A DNA stretch of 64,000 bases, taken from assembly GCA_977017645.1 (NCBI GenBank), contig OZ360232.1, forward strand, positions 92,628,001-92,692,000, in the 5' to 3' direction. The number at the start of each line of letters is the position of its first letter. Position 1 is the stretch's first letter. The position numbers and the translations under genes were made by a program. This document shows positions 63,420 to 64,000 of the stretch, piece by piece. This DNA is from Torpedo marmorata (taxonomy: Eukaryota). The notes below the pieces were generated by a model, which was not told where the DNA came from, searched no databases, and saw only the letters and a program-made list of their open reading frames with translations.

Positions 63420-63700
63420 TTCCTGGATGCTTCTTCACAGCCTCGGGATTCCCATGAGTCGGTGAGGATGTTATATTTTTTCACCCCATCTGAGCTGGCT
63501 GATCGTGGTCAGAGCCTTTGTGATGGGTGTGTTGGACTGGGAGAAGATGCCATTGGTCTGCCTCGCCATCAACGTGGATGATTTTGTGGACAGCATGGGT
63601 GATACATCTCAAATAATTCACCTCCTGCATGTAATCCATGTCTCCGAAGTGTATGGGAGGGTAGGGATTACGGTTGCCCAGGAGCCAGTGAGAAAAGTGG
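63420..63700 (-). mobile_element. Degenerate RTE-clade LINE fragment
   Basis: Minus strand reads ATVIPTLPYTSETWITCR, resembling the RTE RT C-terminal motif (A)VV.PTLLYGSETW. Confidence 0.55.
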
Positions 63701-64000
63701 AGACAAACGAGCGAGTCCCAGACACTCCCACCCAGACCCCTGCCCAATGTCATTCTCTTCAACCCTTCCACCAACATTTCATTGACAGATTTCTCCTCCC
63801 TTCTCCACCAACCACCAACAGCCCCCCCCCCTTTTTGTTTCCACTTGGTCCAATTTGTCTTTCACCTCTTCCCTCACAACTTCACTATGCGTGTATTCAA
63901 ATTGGCGCAGAGTCTCTGACCAGAGCTGACCAAGCATGTTATTAGGGTGAAGGCGAGTGTTTCAGGTCATTGATAAAACAGTACGGTTACTTATTTAGAA

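Noticed and set aside
35828-64000. EBF exon 7 (expected [28 protein letters not shown])
   Set aside because: Not found by eye or in the ORF track. This is consistent with the very long intron 6 of vertebrate EBF genes. TBLASTN would confirm its absence.

Overview
Eukaryotic (vertebrate) genomic DNA. The repeat landscape (V-SINE/HE1-like SINEs, CR1, Rex1/Babar, Penelope-like remnants, fish-type L1) points to a cartilaginous fish, probably a ray or skate (inference). The only host gene I can support is the 5' half of a COE/EBF transcription factor on the + strand, best matching EBF1. Coding exons 1-6 are 12116-12249, 12840-12996, 13443-13506, 14164-14219, 18739-18812 and 35759-35827. They total 554 nt, all introns are GT-AG, and exon sizes 134/157/64/56/74/69 match vertebrate EBF genes as I recall them. 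They encode most of the DNA-binding domain with an intact zinc knuckle. Exon 7 was not found, so intron 6 runs past the window end. A long CpG-retaining, TE-poor domain surrounds the promoter. The introns hold candidate conserved enhancers and several well-defined insertions: a solo LTR with a 5-bp TSD, a 3.5-kb L1 with a 13-bp TSD, a TA-flanked MITE, an inverted pair of a ~0.8-kb non-coding retroelement with a Rex1-type tail, and a ~1.7-kb 35-bp minisatellite whose unit carries Sox-like and Otx-like motifs. There is one 285-N gap. I found no prokaryotic-type system, CRISPR array or novel protein-coding gene. Repeat boundaries without a TSD are approximate, and family names come from recall, not database searches.
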